Assembly (NCBI GenBank): GCA_050273025.1
Contig: CP158635.1
Location: forward strand, 7,440,001 to 7,504,000
Reading direction: 5' to 3'
Length of the DNA: 64,000 nucleotides
Source: Cenococcum geophilum
Taxonomy: Eukaryota
Shown piece by piece: positions 26,101-39,800 of the stretch. The position numbers were made by a program, and so were the translations under genes. Each line of letters begins with the position of its first letter. Position 1 is the stretch's first letter. The notes beneath the pieces were generated by a model that worked only from the letters and a program-made list of their open reading frames with translations, was not told the origin of the DNA and did no database searches.

Positions 26101-27291
26101 TAGTAGACCTTAGTAATATTATAGGCGAAACACTAGTAACTTGCTTATAGGTTAACAGCGATATAATAATAGAGGAAATGGCTAGAACTATTAGCCGCCT
26201 TTTAAATAATATAGTATTAGGACTAAATAGGATTCTAAATAAGGCCCTAAAAACCTATAGGCCACTTATAGCACCTTAGCTTGTAGATATAGCTAGAGTA
26301 TGCTTTACTATAGGCTACTACCCACAACTTAGAAGATTTATAATGACGGTTATTCTATAAAAAGAAGGTAAAGCAGATTACTTAATCCTAGAAAGCTACC
26401 GCCCTATTGCCTTAGAAAATACCCTTAGTAAAATCTTAGAAAGGGTAATAGCGGAACGCATAGTAGATACGGTAAAGAAACACGCCTTACTACCACAAAG
26501 CTAAATAGGGGTAAGAAAGAACCGCTTAATACTATTAGCACTTATATTACTCGCTGCCACCATTAAATCTGCATAGGCGATGTGAAAGAACTTTGTAATA
26601 TCAATACTTAGCCTAGATATTAGTAGTACCTATAATAATATACCCTATAAGCGTCTCCTGCATATCCTTAGGGCAAAGGGCTTCTTAGAATAGATTATAT
26701 AATTTATCCAAGGGTTTACAGGCCAGAAAAAAATATTATTAGTCTTTAGTGGATACCAGAGCCCCCCTATTGCAGTTATAATAGGAATACTATAAGAATT
26801 ACCCCTCTCGCCTATACTCTTTCTTTTTTTTATAAGTAACCTGCTTAACTCCTTTAAGGAAGGGGCGACCTAGGGAATAGGCTTCATTAATAATATAAAC
26901 CTAATTATATACAGGCTAACAGCCGTAGAGAATTATAAAACACTAGAGAAAGCCTATAATACTTATATAGAATGGGCAAAACGTTATAGAGTCCAATTTT
27001 TACTAGAGAAATACCAGCTAATCCATTTTATAAGAAAACGCAACCAATCTATAGATCTCTAGTATATAATTCGCATCTAAGGCTTTAGGGGTCAACCAGT
27101 TTAGGGCCTAAGGGTATTAGGAGTATAGGTAGATAGTAAGCTCTAGTGGAGCGCATATACGGCGCAAGCGGCCCATAAAGGCCAAGTATAGTTCATCGCT
27201 TTATCTAGGATTATTAATTCTACATGGGGTCCATACTTCTAGAGGTCACGCCTACTATATACAGCAGTCGTCCGGCCAACTATGACATATG

Positions 27292-30200
27292 CAGGGGTGC
27301 CGGCAAATCTTCCCATCAAGTCCGAATTGACTTGAATTGAATTAATCTATAATCAATTCAAGTCAATTTAAGGTCCTTTGCCAAGCCAATTCAAATCAAA
27401 TTAAGGGCTAAATTAAATTGATAAATATATAGAATATAGAAATATTTTTACCTTTAGTGTTAATGTTTAATAGATATTCTCGGTTGGCGTATAAAATGCC
27501 AATTCTTTAAACTTTATTAGGTAAACCCATATAACCTAGCAATTGCCGTCATCGTTAAGCTAGATCTAAGTCATCAGCTAGGCACACTACCTGCATAAAG
27601 ATATTCACACCTACAAAAGTCCTTCTAAAATTACCACCTCATCAGCCTTTCAACACCACCACTTTATATCATTACAATGGATATTAAATCCGATTCTAAA
27701 CCACTTTCTGCGCCTCCTAGTACAATTAAGGTACCTACCGAGCTTCAGAAGACCTCTGATTTCGATTCTCGCGCCTAGGAGATTAACACTGCGACTTCTT
27801 CTAGCGACGATAAATACAAAGACCTTAATTGGCTGAAGTTTCCTGGCTTTTAAATTCCTCCTCCATCAAAACGAGACCGCCGATCGCATATCTAAAAGTA
27901 TTACTATAAGATCTACCAAACAGAAACAGGAAATCTCTATACAGTATGTCAGATCTGCCATATAAAACACAAAACAAAATATGCCACTGATCACCGCTGG
28001 CTTAACGCCTCAACTAGTAGAGCTGCCGAACACCTTCTAAAAAAGCATAATATTGGCAAGAATAGGCCAATTAAGCTTTCAGATCAATCTCAATTAGTCG
28101 CCAGTATACGAAACAAAACACCTACTGAGCAAGCCGAGCTTAATTAACGTTACAGGAGCTTTAACGAACGCCGATTTCAGAAGCTTCTAACACGGTAGGT
28201 TATTTAGGATGGAATTGCATTTAATTAAGTCAACAGCAAGTATTTTCGTAAGCTAATTATCTACCTAAATAAGGACTCTAAAGAGATTCTCCCTCACCGA
28301 ACGATAATACGCGATTAGATTATTAAGGACTTTAAACAATACAAAGGCGTAGTAACGGAGCTTCTTAAGCGCGCGTATAGTTAAATACACGTCTCTATGG
28401 ATATATAGACCTCTTGAAGCCTCCTAAGCCTCTGCGGAATTGTTATTTACTTTATTAATAATAAGGGCAACTATAAAACCTTCCTACTTAGTATACTAAA
28501 ACTCGCTGGGCGACATACAGGCGTTAATATTACTAACGGCGTAGCCGCGATTCTTACGGAGTTCAATATTGGTAACAAAATCGGGTATTTTATACTGGAT
28601 AATGCGTTAAATAATAACACCTATATAGAGGCTCTGGGTGAGGAGCTTAGATTTAATTAAAAGGAGCGTCGACTTCAGTGCGCTAGCCATATAATTAACC
28701 TAGTGGCTCGCTCAATCCTCTATGGTAAGGATACGAAGGCTTTAGAGGACGAGCTTGAAGAGGCCAAAGATAAGATTAAGCACCTAGAGCTTTGGAGGAA
28801 GCAGGGCCCAATTAGAAAGCTTTATAATATTATCGTTTATATATTATCTACGTCACCCCAACGCGAGCAGCAATTTAAGGAGTTTCAACACATCTATTTA
28901 ACTACTATGCCGTCGTTTTTAGACGGCTCTACGACTTAAACTACCTGGAAGCTTATCCTCAACGTTAATACGCGGTGGAACTCTACTTTTAATATAATCG
29001 AGCGCGCGCTACACCTTATGGCTGCAATTGATGCCTTTATTAAAAAGGAGCAACGAGATTAGGAGGCTCACTACAATTAGGCCACCAAAAACGGCATAAA
29101 GCCTTACCCGAAAAATGGTAAGAAGAAGCCTTTAATTATTAACGACGCTTTAGGCAAGGAGGAATAGCAGATTCTGAAGGAGTATATGCAGATATTGGCG
29201 CCGCTTAAGGAGGTTACTAAGACTCTAGAAGGCAAGGCTTATAACGGTAAGTTAACCTTAATTAGGGTCTAAAAATATCTATTAATTTATAACAAATTAG
29301 GTAGAAACGGAGCTCTATAGGAGGTCCTCCCGTCTCTAAAGTACCTTATCAAGCAGATCGACCTTCTTATATTTTAATATAAGCATGACCTAGAGTCTTA
29401 CTTTTACATAGGCCTTTAACTTAGATGGCAGAAACTTAATAAATACTATAAGCTCACTAACGAATCCGCCGCATATATTGCCTCCGTTGCTCTACACCCG
29501 CGATATAAATGGAAGTGGATTAAGGATAAGTAGAAGAATAAGAAGACGTGGATTAAGGATGTAAAAAAGCGTATTTAAACGGAATGGGAGACATATAAAG
29601 GCCTTAATTTAGGTAAGAGAGTTAATATACCACTATTTAAGCGCCGGTGACGCGAGGCAGAGGGTTTAAGAGCCTTTTTAGATAAAGGCCTCAGCGACGA
29701 CTCGAAAGACGATAAGGAGGAGAACGAGTATAAAGTATGGATGAAGAAGTATCTAAAACGGGATAAGAAGATTAATAATCTAATTAAGTATTAGTAGGAG
29801 CTTTGATTTAACTATCCACGCCTTTTACGCTTCGCAATTAATATATTTAGTACGTTAGCGATAAGTAATAAGCCAGAACGAGTATTTAGCCTTACTAGTA
29901 ATATGGTACGGCCTAATAGAGCAAGGCTTAAAGCTGACGTTATTGGCGCTGCAATTAGCTTAAAGCATTAGGACACAAATAAGGTTATTAATATAAGCCG
30001 CTAAAGCCGGTAAGTTAATATAGAGGTGTTCTAAAAGTATATAGAGTGCTAATATTTATATAGGAACGACGACTTAATCCTCCCTACTATGACCTAAGCC
30101 TTTACCAGAGCCTCTACTGAAGCCTCCTTTACCGCTTCCACCACGCCGGTGATGTCATACATCGCGAGATCCTTATACAGGCGGAAGGGTTGAACAAGAG

Positions 30201-30429
30201 ACCTTATTTAAGGACCCTATAGGTGGGCACTAAGCGATTTTAGGCAACTACTACGTAAAACACTATGCTAAGACTTTATATAGGATTATATAATCAATTC
30301 GTCAATTCAATTCCAATTCGAACCTTCCAAATCAATTCAATTCTTTTAATTCGCCTAATTTGGAACGCCAAGCAATTCAATTCAATTCGAGCCTCTTTAG
30401 AAGACTTAAAAGATTTACTAGCACCCCTA
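27292..30429 (+). mobile_element. hAT-superfamily (Restless-like) DNA transposon, 3.1 kb
   Basis: 20-bp TIRs caggggtgccggcaaatctt / aagatttactagcaccccta and subterminal AATTCA repeats at both ends. The target duplication acatat(g/a) is imperfect. Confidence 0.93.
27677..30003 (+). pseudogene. hAT transposase (BED finger, DDE, dimerisation domain); likely intron 29247-29300
   Basis: CQICH..HLLKKH, IHVSMDI*TS, LDNALNN, RLQCASHIINL, TRWNSTF, PERVFS. Includes ORF 28703-28939. Confidence 0.9.
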
Positions 30430-32240
30430 GTCACATATAGATCCAGTATTTAGGCCATTAGAGAAACTAAAAAGGGCCCCCCTAAATCACTCCTTAAACC
30501 ACTTCAAAAGGTCTAGATAGCCTACCTCTAGAGTATTACAGGTGGGTACAAGCGAACGGCCACAGTATTGCTTAAGAAGGAATCCAATATTCCCCCCCTA
30601 TAGTTATATATTAAAGCCGCTATAATATAAAGGATATAAAATAAACGCAACTCTAATATTATAAAGTACATTAAGACACGCCTAAGTAAACTATAGAGGG
30701 ACCCTAAGGTGCCCTATAGGAGAACAAACCAACAACCCTAAAGTAGGGAAGAGATATTAGAGAAACAGGTAAAGAAAGCAGAAGAAAAATAGTACCGCTT
30801 TAGGGCCTAGGCCCATATAGAGGAGAAAGGGAGACACGTAAAAGGTTAGCAAAGACAGCAAGACAGAGAAAGGAGCTAAAGTAGAATATATAAGAACGCC
30901 AGGAAACCATCTACCGCAATATAATACTGGTTGGACCAACGCTAGAGAGGTAAATAGGAGTTAAAGGTATAGAGGCTAACTTAAGTAAGACGAACCTAAG
31001 CTATAGCATAGTTAATACTATAGGGGGTAAATACCTAAGGGCTCTGAGAAGGCCTAATAAAGGTAGAAAATATAATAGCAATACTCTTAAGAATAGGAAT
31101 AATAGGACTAAAAGATTAGCTTTACTGGGTGGGTGTCCTAGTAGGTAGCCTAAGATATAAATATAGCTAGCTAAGACAGACACCAAAACACGTAATACTG
31201 CTATGCCCCCTACGCACCAATTAAGAAATAATGCTCTTAGCAGCTGGCATAGAGAACTATAATATACTGCTCTTAATATAAAAAGGCCTTAAGGCGGTTA
31301 CCTAGTGGCTTATTAGTTAAAATATGCTAAATTAGTTCTAGGTTATAAGGGAAATAGTAATAAAAGGCAAGGGGGCAAGCAGTAGGTGCCCCCTAGTAAC
31401 TCTACAGTAGTAGAGTAATAGTTTATAATACTAGCGCGTCTATAGGCTTATTACGGCAGCAGTGGTTCCTAAAGAGGTTAAACAGTAAGGTAGTAGAGCA
31501 CTATAGGCAACTTATAGGCGCTAAGTAGGCAAGTCCTAAAAGGCGGGGAGATGGATCACGGGGTTTTCTTATTTTTCTTAAATAGAGTTTTCTCCCTACA
31601 TGTAAATAAGGAGTAGTCCGCGTGGGCCCAATAGGGATCTAAATCGGACGTTAAGCAATAAATTATTATATAATTTACCAGCTTTTTACTTTTTAGGCTT
31701 TATAGTTTCTTACCATACTTATAGTATCTTTTTAGTATATAACTTAAGCCTTACTTAGTCTCCTTATATATCGCTCCAACTTAGTACTATACTAGCTTAG
31801 TTTACTATTATATCTTACGTTGTTAAGTATCTCTAATATTAACCTAACCCGTAATCTAATTAATCCTTAGATTATATTCCTGTAACTAAGGCATTCTTAA
31901 TACTACCTTATCCTGTCCTAATAGTAGGATATTAAAAGACATCTTAATTTATCTTCCTTTAATGGTTATCTAAATAGGTCCTATTTTAAGATTAATAATC
32001 CCTCCTCTATAGGCTATTAGATCTCCTAAAATTATAACTAATAGGTAAGGTTATTCCTTCTATCTATAAGGTAATCCTATTTTTTTTAAACTATTACTAG
32101 TAAGATATAGTTTCGCGTCGCTCCACTATCTATTAGTGCTTTAAACTGCTAATCTTGCCAATTAATTTATAAATTTAGGTATTATCCTTAAATTCCTTTA
32201 AGGGTCTAAGGCTCTACTACTAGCTCCCTCTAGTTTTATA

Positions 32241-34706
32241 ACGTAGGTGATGGGCTTTTGACGGTTAGGGGGGTTTTGACGGTTTTTCCTTACCGCTTAT
32301 CTGATTAGGCTTAGCAACGTATACTGCCGCTTTAAAAATTAAAACATTTGATTCCTCAATGCTTGATCTATATTTGAGAAATTTACCACTAACGCTACTA
32401 TACCTCGCTGGACTCGCGAACCTAATACGGACCAGAGGATTGAGTTAGCAATTGCTGGCTTTAAGATTGGCCTCTATAAAAGCCGGGAAGATGCTATAAA
32501 GTCCCATAGCGTTAACCCAAATACATTGCGCAGGCGACTTAACGGCAAACATAAATCTCACAAAGTCGCGTATACTCACTAGCAGCGACTACTACCTCCT
32601 GTAGAATCTGCAGTCGTGCGATAGTGTATATACCTTACAAATGCAGGCTTTCCTGCTCAAATTTAAACAATCCGAGTTATTATAACTAAGATTCTTAAAG
32701 AATAAGCAAGAAAGCTTCCTCCCTATTAACTACTACCACCGCTAGGCAAAGCATGGATAACTGCCTTTCTTACTTATTAGAATGAGCTTCGCGTTTACTA
32801 CGCTTAATTACTTAATTAAGAACGTGCAATTGCTGGTAACAACATTGCCGCAATTAAGGCCTTCTTTAACGACTATAATACCGTAATTTAAAACCATAGA
32901 ATTCTGCTTAAGGATTAATATAATATAGATAAGACTGGCTATGCTATGGGGCTTGCTCTAAGTGCAAAAGTGGTAGTTCTTAGAGGTAGAAAACAAGCTT
33001 TTAAAACGGTAGACAGCTCGCGCGAGTGGGTAAGTTAAGTTAACTGCATAGGAATGGGCGGTAAAATAATTCCACCTTATATTATTTTTAAGGGCAAGTA
33101 ATATACAGATCGGCTATAGCAAATGGCTAAGGAAGCTATACCTAGCTGTACTATTGGAATAACTAAGAATGGCTAGAGTTTATAAAAGCAAGGCCTTAGT
33201 TGGCTAGAACACTTTAAGCAATATACTTAACGAACTAAATAGTGGCAGGCCTTAAATAAAGAAGAAGACGACGACAATTTTAATTCAAACGGCTACCGCC
33301 TGCTTATAATGGACGGTCATATAAGCCATATTAACCTTAAATTTGTTTAGTTCTACGAGGACTATAGAATTATACTAATCTGCCTTCCTCCGTATACGAC
33401 TCACCTACTACAACCTCTTGATTTAGTAATATTCTTACTACTTAAGCGGGCCTACTCGCAGAAAGTAGATAAGTATATTGCTTTGGGTATTACGGGCCTT
33501 AACAGGGAGTGGTTTCTTAAGATTATTGGCGAAATTCGGTCAGAGATCTATACTGCTAATTATATTAATAGCGCCTTTAAAGCCGTAGGCCTCTACCCAT
33601 ATAATCCAGAACGTGCCCTTAGCCGCTATAGAAAAAGCGATCCCGTTTAGGCCCTTACACCTATAGACAAATTAGTATTGCTACTATCCTCTCCCTTATA
33701 TCCACAAACTCTGATAAGCGCTAACGACCGCGCCTAATATCTAAGGATGATTACTAACCCTAAAACGTCACCGGAGGCAGTTAAAAGCTATATTTAAAAG
33801 CTTATTAAGCAGCTACAATTATATAAAGATTAAGAGGTGTTACTTAAGTAGGAAAATAAAGACCTTCGCTACGGCGCTATGGAGAGAAAGAAAAAGAAGA
33901 AGGATAAGAAGACAGTACTATTAATGGCAGTGGTGCTTACTACTAACGCTATAAAGGCGATTGTTGCTGCTAGAGAGGCTATAGAGGAAGCTAAAAGGAA
34001 CGCTAGGGAATAAAGGAAGCGATCTAGAATTAAGCGGGAGGAGGTAGCGATACTCTATAAGAAACAGGTTAAGGCACGGAAGGAGGCTTAGGCTGCCGCA
34101 TTAGAGGCCAAAAGGAAGATAGAGTAACACCAGCGGCAGTTTTAAGCAGCGCTACTGGCGTTAAAGAAGGCACAGAAAGCTTTAGAGACTATATCTGGGA
34201 TAGCGACGAAGAAGAAGACAGCTAAGGCATAAGATGAATTTAGGAAGGCAGAGGATCAAGCTACGTCAGCTAAAGCGCTCGCGACCGCTGCACAATTGAT
34301 GGTAGAGGCATCTACTGTTATATTTGAGGCAGCAACGGCTTACTTAAAGGCTTTAATAGCAGCTGTAAAAAAGGTAGCAGAGGTTAATACGTAGGTAGAG
34401 GTAGATGACGACAAGCAGAGCAATTCAAGCGACAGTAAGGTATTAGATGAGGACGTTAATATAGACGTTGGTATGGATATAGGCAACGCCGTATAGTTAA
34501 TTAAGTAGAGCTTCCAATACAAACACTATAAAATGTCGCGATAGAGCCTTGATTATATAAAACTAAAGCTTTATTTTATTAATATCGTGGATAATACTGT
34601 GTGATGCCTTTTATTAAGAAAATGCCTGCAATTGAGCATTTTAAGGTAGTTTTGATATTTAAACCCGTCAAAACCCCCCTAACCGTCAAAAGCCCATCAC
34701 CTACGT
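32241..34706 (+). mobile_element. pogo/Fot1-like Tc1-mariner transposon, 2466 bp
   Basis: Perfect 42-bp TIRs (32241-32282, 34665-34706) and TA TSD. Transposase motifs YNIDKTG, LLIMDGHISH, LPPYTTHLLQPLD; reading frame ~32400-34500. Confidence 0.95.
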
Positions 34707-37700
34707 TAGGCCTTTACTTTTCCTAATTATTAGTTGCTTAATCCTATGATACTTAGCTTATTCTTTAGCCAATATCTAGTTTGCTTTTTATCCTCTATAT
34801 ACTATAGATATATATTTTTTAGGTATTTCCACCACTATTATTTATCTAAGTATTCTTCCATAAGGAATCTTTCTGGTTAAAGTATTAAGTCCCCTAACTC
34901 TTAAATTTTTACTAGATGCTAGCTATATATATACTTAGTATTTCTATATTATTGCTTATCTAATACCTAATATATCCTTATAGAGTACTTCTAATTCTTT
35001 TTTTTTGGTTCTTATACATTTCGCATATATTATCTATATATGCAATCTATAATAGCGTATAGTATGCTAGGTACTTTAGGTTAACTCTTAACTTATCTTT
35101 ATCTTTAAGTTTAAACCTTTATTATATTAATCTAAACATTATAATTTTATTCGCAGGTACTAAGATAAGCCTCTCGCTTCTTTAGTCCTCTAATTATTCC
35201 TTTAGATCCTTTAATATTATAATTAAGGCTTCTTTAATATAAGTTATAGCCTTCTCTGTAATAGGGTGGTCCTAAATAACTTATTTATCTAACTATATAT
35301 AGAAATCTTCCTACTTATTATTATATCGTTACCTATACTACTTTTAGTATAGCTACTAGAGTATATACGGTTTGTCCGTAAGGAAGTATCTTTTTATTAC
35401 TATATTATAATAGCCCTTTATATGTTATTCTTTAAATCTAGTAGGGATCCCTAGATCCTTTTCGTTTTCTAATTTAATAAGCTACTTAGCTTTTAGTGTG
35501 CCTACTCTTAGCCTATTAGTAATTCTTTATATAGGTACCCTATCCCTTATATAACCTAATATGCTAAATCTCTTATCTAGTTTCTATTCTTACTATACAA
35601 TAATTCTTTATCTAAATTCTTTTATAGTTTCTTTTGGTTTACGTCTTGTAAGTAAATCCTTAAAGTTTTCTTACTTCTTAATCTTAGTATTATTATTTCA
35701 ATCCTATTGCTAAGCCTTACTCGCAATTTCTTTAATAGTCCTTATTCTGTTACTAAAATCTTAGTCCTATAGGATTCTTAATCCTAAGCTTTACTCTAGC
35801 CTTAGTCTAACTAGGCTTCTATAGTGTCCTTATCTTGTTTTAAAAGTCTTAAATCTTACTTATCTTGTCTTAAGAGTCTTATGCCTTTAGGAAACTTAGT
35901 CCTAAGCTTATTTATATATTACTAAACTAAGCCGTTACTCTACTTCATTGGTTATTATCTATTATAGGTCCTTAAGCTTACTTTATCTTATCTTAAGAAT
36001 CTTAAGTCTATAGCCTTTTGCCTTTATTAAGTGCCAAAGTAGTTCGTTATCCTACATCTTCTGCGTCTTATAAAGCAATAGATATCGTGTCTAGTAGGGT
36101 CTTAATCCCTACTAATATTCCCTATTCTATAGTGGAATTATCCTTTACCTCTTATATAACATTTCTAAGGTCTATATACTTCTAGTAAGCTACTTTTATT
36201 ACCTTATCGTTATAGAACGTTTCGCCTATATTAAACTTATTATCCTTAATATCCAATCTATAAACTAGTTTATTAGTTCCTCTAAACTCTAATAATTTTA
36301 GCTCCTATAGCCAATAGCTTACGCTATACTTAGCGTCTTTATAAATTTGGTATACGTTATTATAATAAAACGCAAAACTCTTAATTAAATATTCTTTTAT
36401 TCCTTGCAGTATATTATTATCCCTCTATACGCATATATCGTCTACTAGTCTTATTTCTTTTACTATATAGTAACTCTAACCACTTCTATAGTCTTTACTA
36501 TAATAACCCTATTTTCCGTAATTTATATAAGCTCCTTCTTTAAACTATTTTTCTTGCTATAGAGTCCACCTAAATATCTTCTACTACTAAGATCCCTAGT
36601 TTAGCCTCTACTCTTTAAACCTTTAATTACTTAATCCTTATCCTCTAGGTTTCCATAATTTCTTATTCGATTTTTTAGATTTTTTAGTACTATTTAGGTC
36701 CATTAGCTCTGCGCTATACTATAGTTTTTAACTTTAACTTTGTTAATACGTGCTTTGCGCCTTATACGACTATAGAACTCTATCTTAACCTTTCTTAGTC
36801 TGCTCTCTTTAGTAGATCCTATTATTAATCTTAATTACTTAATTAATTAAATCCCTAAGAGTATCCGTATCTTCTATTAGGATAATTATATCCTAAACTT
36901 TTGCCTTAAGTCCTTGCTTATACTATACTATAAGCGCTTTATCATTCTATTTAACCTATATTACTAATATTTAAAACTATATCGTGTACTTAATTACTAA
37001 AGTTCTTTATATTAGGTTTTAAAGCTTTCTTTTTACCGTAGTAGTTACCTCTAGGTCTCTAAACATTTACGTTAATCGTTCCGCGAACCTATTTTAACTT
37101 AAGAATAAGTACCGTACCTCCTAGTTAGTAGTTGTTATACCGTATTCCTATACCTCCGTAAGGTAAGATTTAAACTACTTAAGCGCCCTTCTTATTAAGA
37201 ATTATCCTATATAAGCGACTTAATCTATAGGCGTTCCTAGCTTTACTCCTTCCTATATAACCTTAAAGTGCATTTATATAAGGAATCCTTTAAGCTTTAA
37301 CTTTTTTCCTAAGAACCGCTTAATTAAGGGTAACTTAACCTTAGCCGCTCCGATCCTATTAATCCTTTCTTTAAATATTCTATTATTATCTATTAATTAA
37401 TTAACCATTTCCTATAGCTATCTAACAGTAACTAGTTATGAGTTAGTATCTGCTATACTGGTGTTATTACCTAATCCTAAGGTAGTTGCCGCTGTGGATG
37501 CCGTTGTAGCTACTACTTTTAGTGGCATATTATTTAACTTTATTAATACCGTAACCTTAGTAGTAAATATATAACGAAGCCTTATAGTAGGAACTACGGT
37601 AGACTTATTAATAGGCTAGGTATATAGGTAAACAAGAAGTCAATAACGTAATATAAACTAGTAGAGTGGTTACCTAATAGATTAATTCCAATTATATTCT

Positions 37701-37990
37701 AAGATTCACTATAAGGAAAGAAGAACTATCTAGGTAGGGACTATAGTCCTTTAAATACACAACCGTACTCCTAAGAATTCTCCTTATACGTAAAGTACGT
37801 CTTATATATAAGGTACGTAAGTCCCTCCCGTTCCTCTTATTTAATATATAGCACGTTATATAACCTTGGTTACCATTCCTTGTTATATAGCTCTATTGGT
37901 TCCATCCTAGACCGTGCCTTAATTAACTAACTAGCTGCTTTTGACTCCTCTCCTAGTAGTTATAACATCGTACTTAAAGCGTCTGTAACA

Positions 37991-39800
37991 CTTAGAGGAG
38001 TTATTAAATAGACTAGGAGCGACGGCTATAGGACCTTTAAAATTAGCTTCTTGCGCTTTATAGAGAGTAAGGCCTAGTAGCTAAGTAAGGTTAATAAGGC
38101 TATTATATTTTTATATCTATATTGCGGACGCATAGAGCAACTTAAAGCCCTTAGGTAGCTGCTATTTAAGAAAAAAGATATAATACCTATTATAAAAACC
38201 TTATTTAGTAAGAGTATAATAATATAAATAATACTATATCTTTTTCGGGCCTTAGTAATAATTATTATCTTACTACTTAATACAATTAGTATAAAGCAGA
38301 AGGTAAAAATTAAGGAGCTTTCTAAAATAAGGCTGGTTTATATATATACCAAGATAATATCCGCACATCTTTTACGGGAAATCCGTATTAGAGTATATAC
38401 CTATATTTTAATATCGCTAGAGCTACTAGTTAGTAAAAGGTTTTATAAAACTCTTACTAACCCTACCTTTTATATATATATTAACTTAGTAGTAATTAAT
38501 AAGGTATGCCTTATAGCTAATTAGGGGGGTTTATTCTGGAATTTATATATATAGCTATAGAAAGTGCGGTCATTATTAGAGCGGAAGCCTTAGTTTACTT
38601 ATACTATAACACTTAATAATATAACGTTTAAGATTGTTTAAGAGTTAGTAGGTTTTTAAAATAATATTAATATAGTGCGGATATTAATTAACCAGCCGGA
38701 TCTATTAATTATTAGAGAATACGTTAAGCGAGGAAATAATAAGTCCTTTAAAAGCTTATGCTTTATTATTAACCGCGTATAACGTTTCCCGCCCCAACGT
38801 CGCCATATAGCCAAAAAGACGTCGAGTGCTTGCGAACTTGTTTGCAAGCGCGGCGGGATCTAATATATGTACTCTTACACTGCACGTATACCGCTATATC
38901 CGCTAAGCAGAGAATCTAATATATACTAACTCCCTACTAGATCCTAAAGATAATTATCTTTCTTAATTTAAAGGACCTAATATTACTAGGCAGGGACTTA
39001 ATTTATTTATAGTTAGTATATTATAGATACTAAAAAGCGTAGGCTAAAAGAGCTGTTTAGCTTTATTATATATTATTAGCTATTATAGATAAAGATAGAC
39101 TATATAAAAAGTTTAGAAAGCCTAACTCAGAAATTTATATTTTATTCTCCTTTAACGCGCTTACCTATAGCGCTAATATTTCTAATATTAACTATATCGC
39201 GCAGTATTATATATATAAAGACAAGTTTATTAACATAATATAACAATAACTTAGATATGGTACTTATAGTAGTGATTAAATAGGTATAGCGATATTTCTA
39301 ATTAAGGATTAGTGTAAAGGTCTATATAAGAATATTACCAGGCTAGCTAAAAATCGCGGTTATACTAGTAAAGCCTTCTAATTTTAGCTAAGTTAACTTA
39401 GCTATAAATATTATATTGAGCAATAGGTGCTATAAGAGGATAGGGCTGCTAATTTTACTAGTGATATATCTTTAAGAGTATCCATATATAGTAATGCAGA
39501 TTTTAATCTATTTATATCTAATATAGGGTAAGAGCTTAGTCTAGGTGGAACATCCGTAGTTTTACCTACGGATATTCTACTAAAAAAGCTAGCGTAGCGT
39601 CTAAAGACTAAAGCTAAGAAAAGAGCAGCTCTCTTCTATTATATATATACTCTTATAAATAAGGAAAAGGGCTGCTTATAAAAGATTATATTAGAGAACT
39701 GTAAGGAACAGTCTCCATCTACTAGTAGCTAGGGTTATTACTCTAACTATAATCCTACTTTATGGGCTTTTAAAGAGTTTAATATCCGTAAGCTGTATAT
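37991..39800 (+). pseudogene. RecQ-like superfamily-2 helicase pseudogene; the 5' end probably lies left of 19001, split off by the Gypsy
   Basis: EQLKALR..KKDI..IKTLFSKS (motif I, AKT.FGKS); SLELL; LVVINKVCLIAN*G (DEVH..WG); P*FTYTITL (CTATL); helicase-C motifs ~38940-39280; Cys-cluster remnant ~39670-39750. Confidence 0.8.

Larger units (their letters stand above)
22956..31666 (+). mobile_element. Near full-length Tad1-like LINE: ORF1 with Zn knuckles, ORF2 endonuclease-RT; interrupted by a hAT
   Basis: 14-bp TSD tatataatttacca (22942-22955, 31667-31680). APE motif LLGDINLHYP; RT motifs YRPIALENTLSKILE, LSLDIS, PLSPILFLFF. Confidence 0.92.
19002..37990 (-). mobile_element. Full-length Ty3/Gypsy chromovirus-like element (~7.8 kb of its own sequence) hosting a LINE, a hAT and a pogo
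   Basis: 421-bp LTRs at 19002-19422 and 37570-37990; TSD cttag. PPT (aaaaggagggagatgg on minus) abuts 19423. Gag ~37530-36300, protease ALIDSGATRNY ~32100-32150, RT ~22900-22000, integrase ~21400-20700, chromodomain-like ~20150-20300. Confidence 0.95.

Noticed and set aside
27325..27420. AATTCA/TTGAAT microrepeats (also at 30290-30390) as a novel satellite
   Set aside because: Explained as hAT subterminal repeats.
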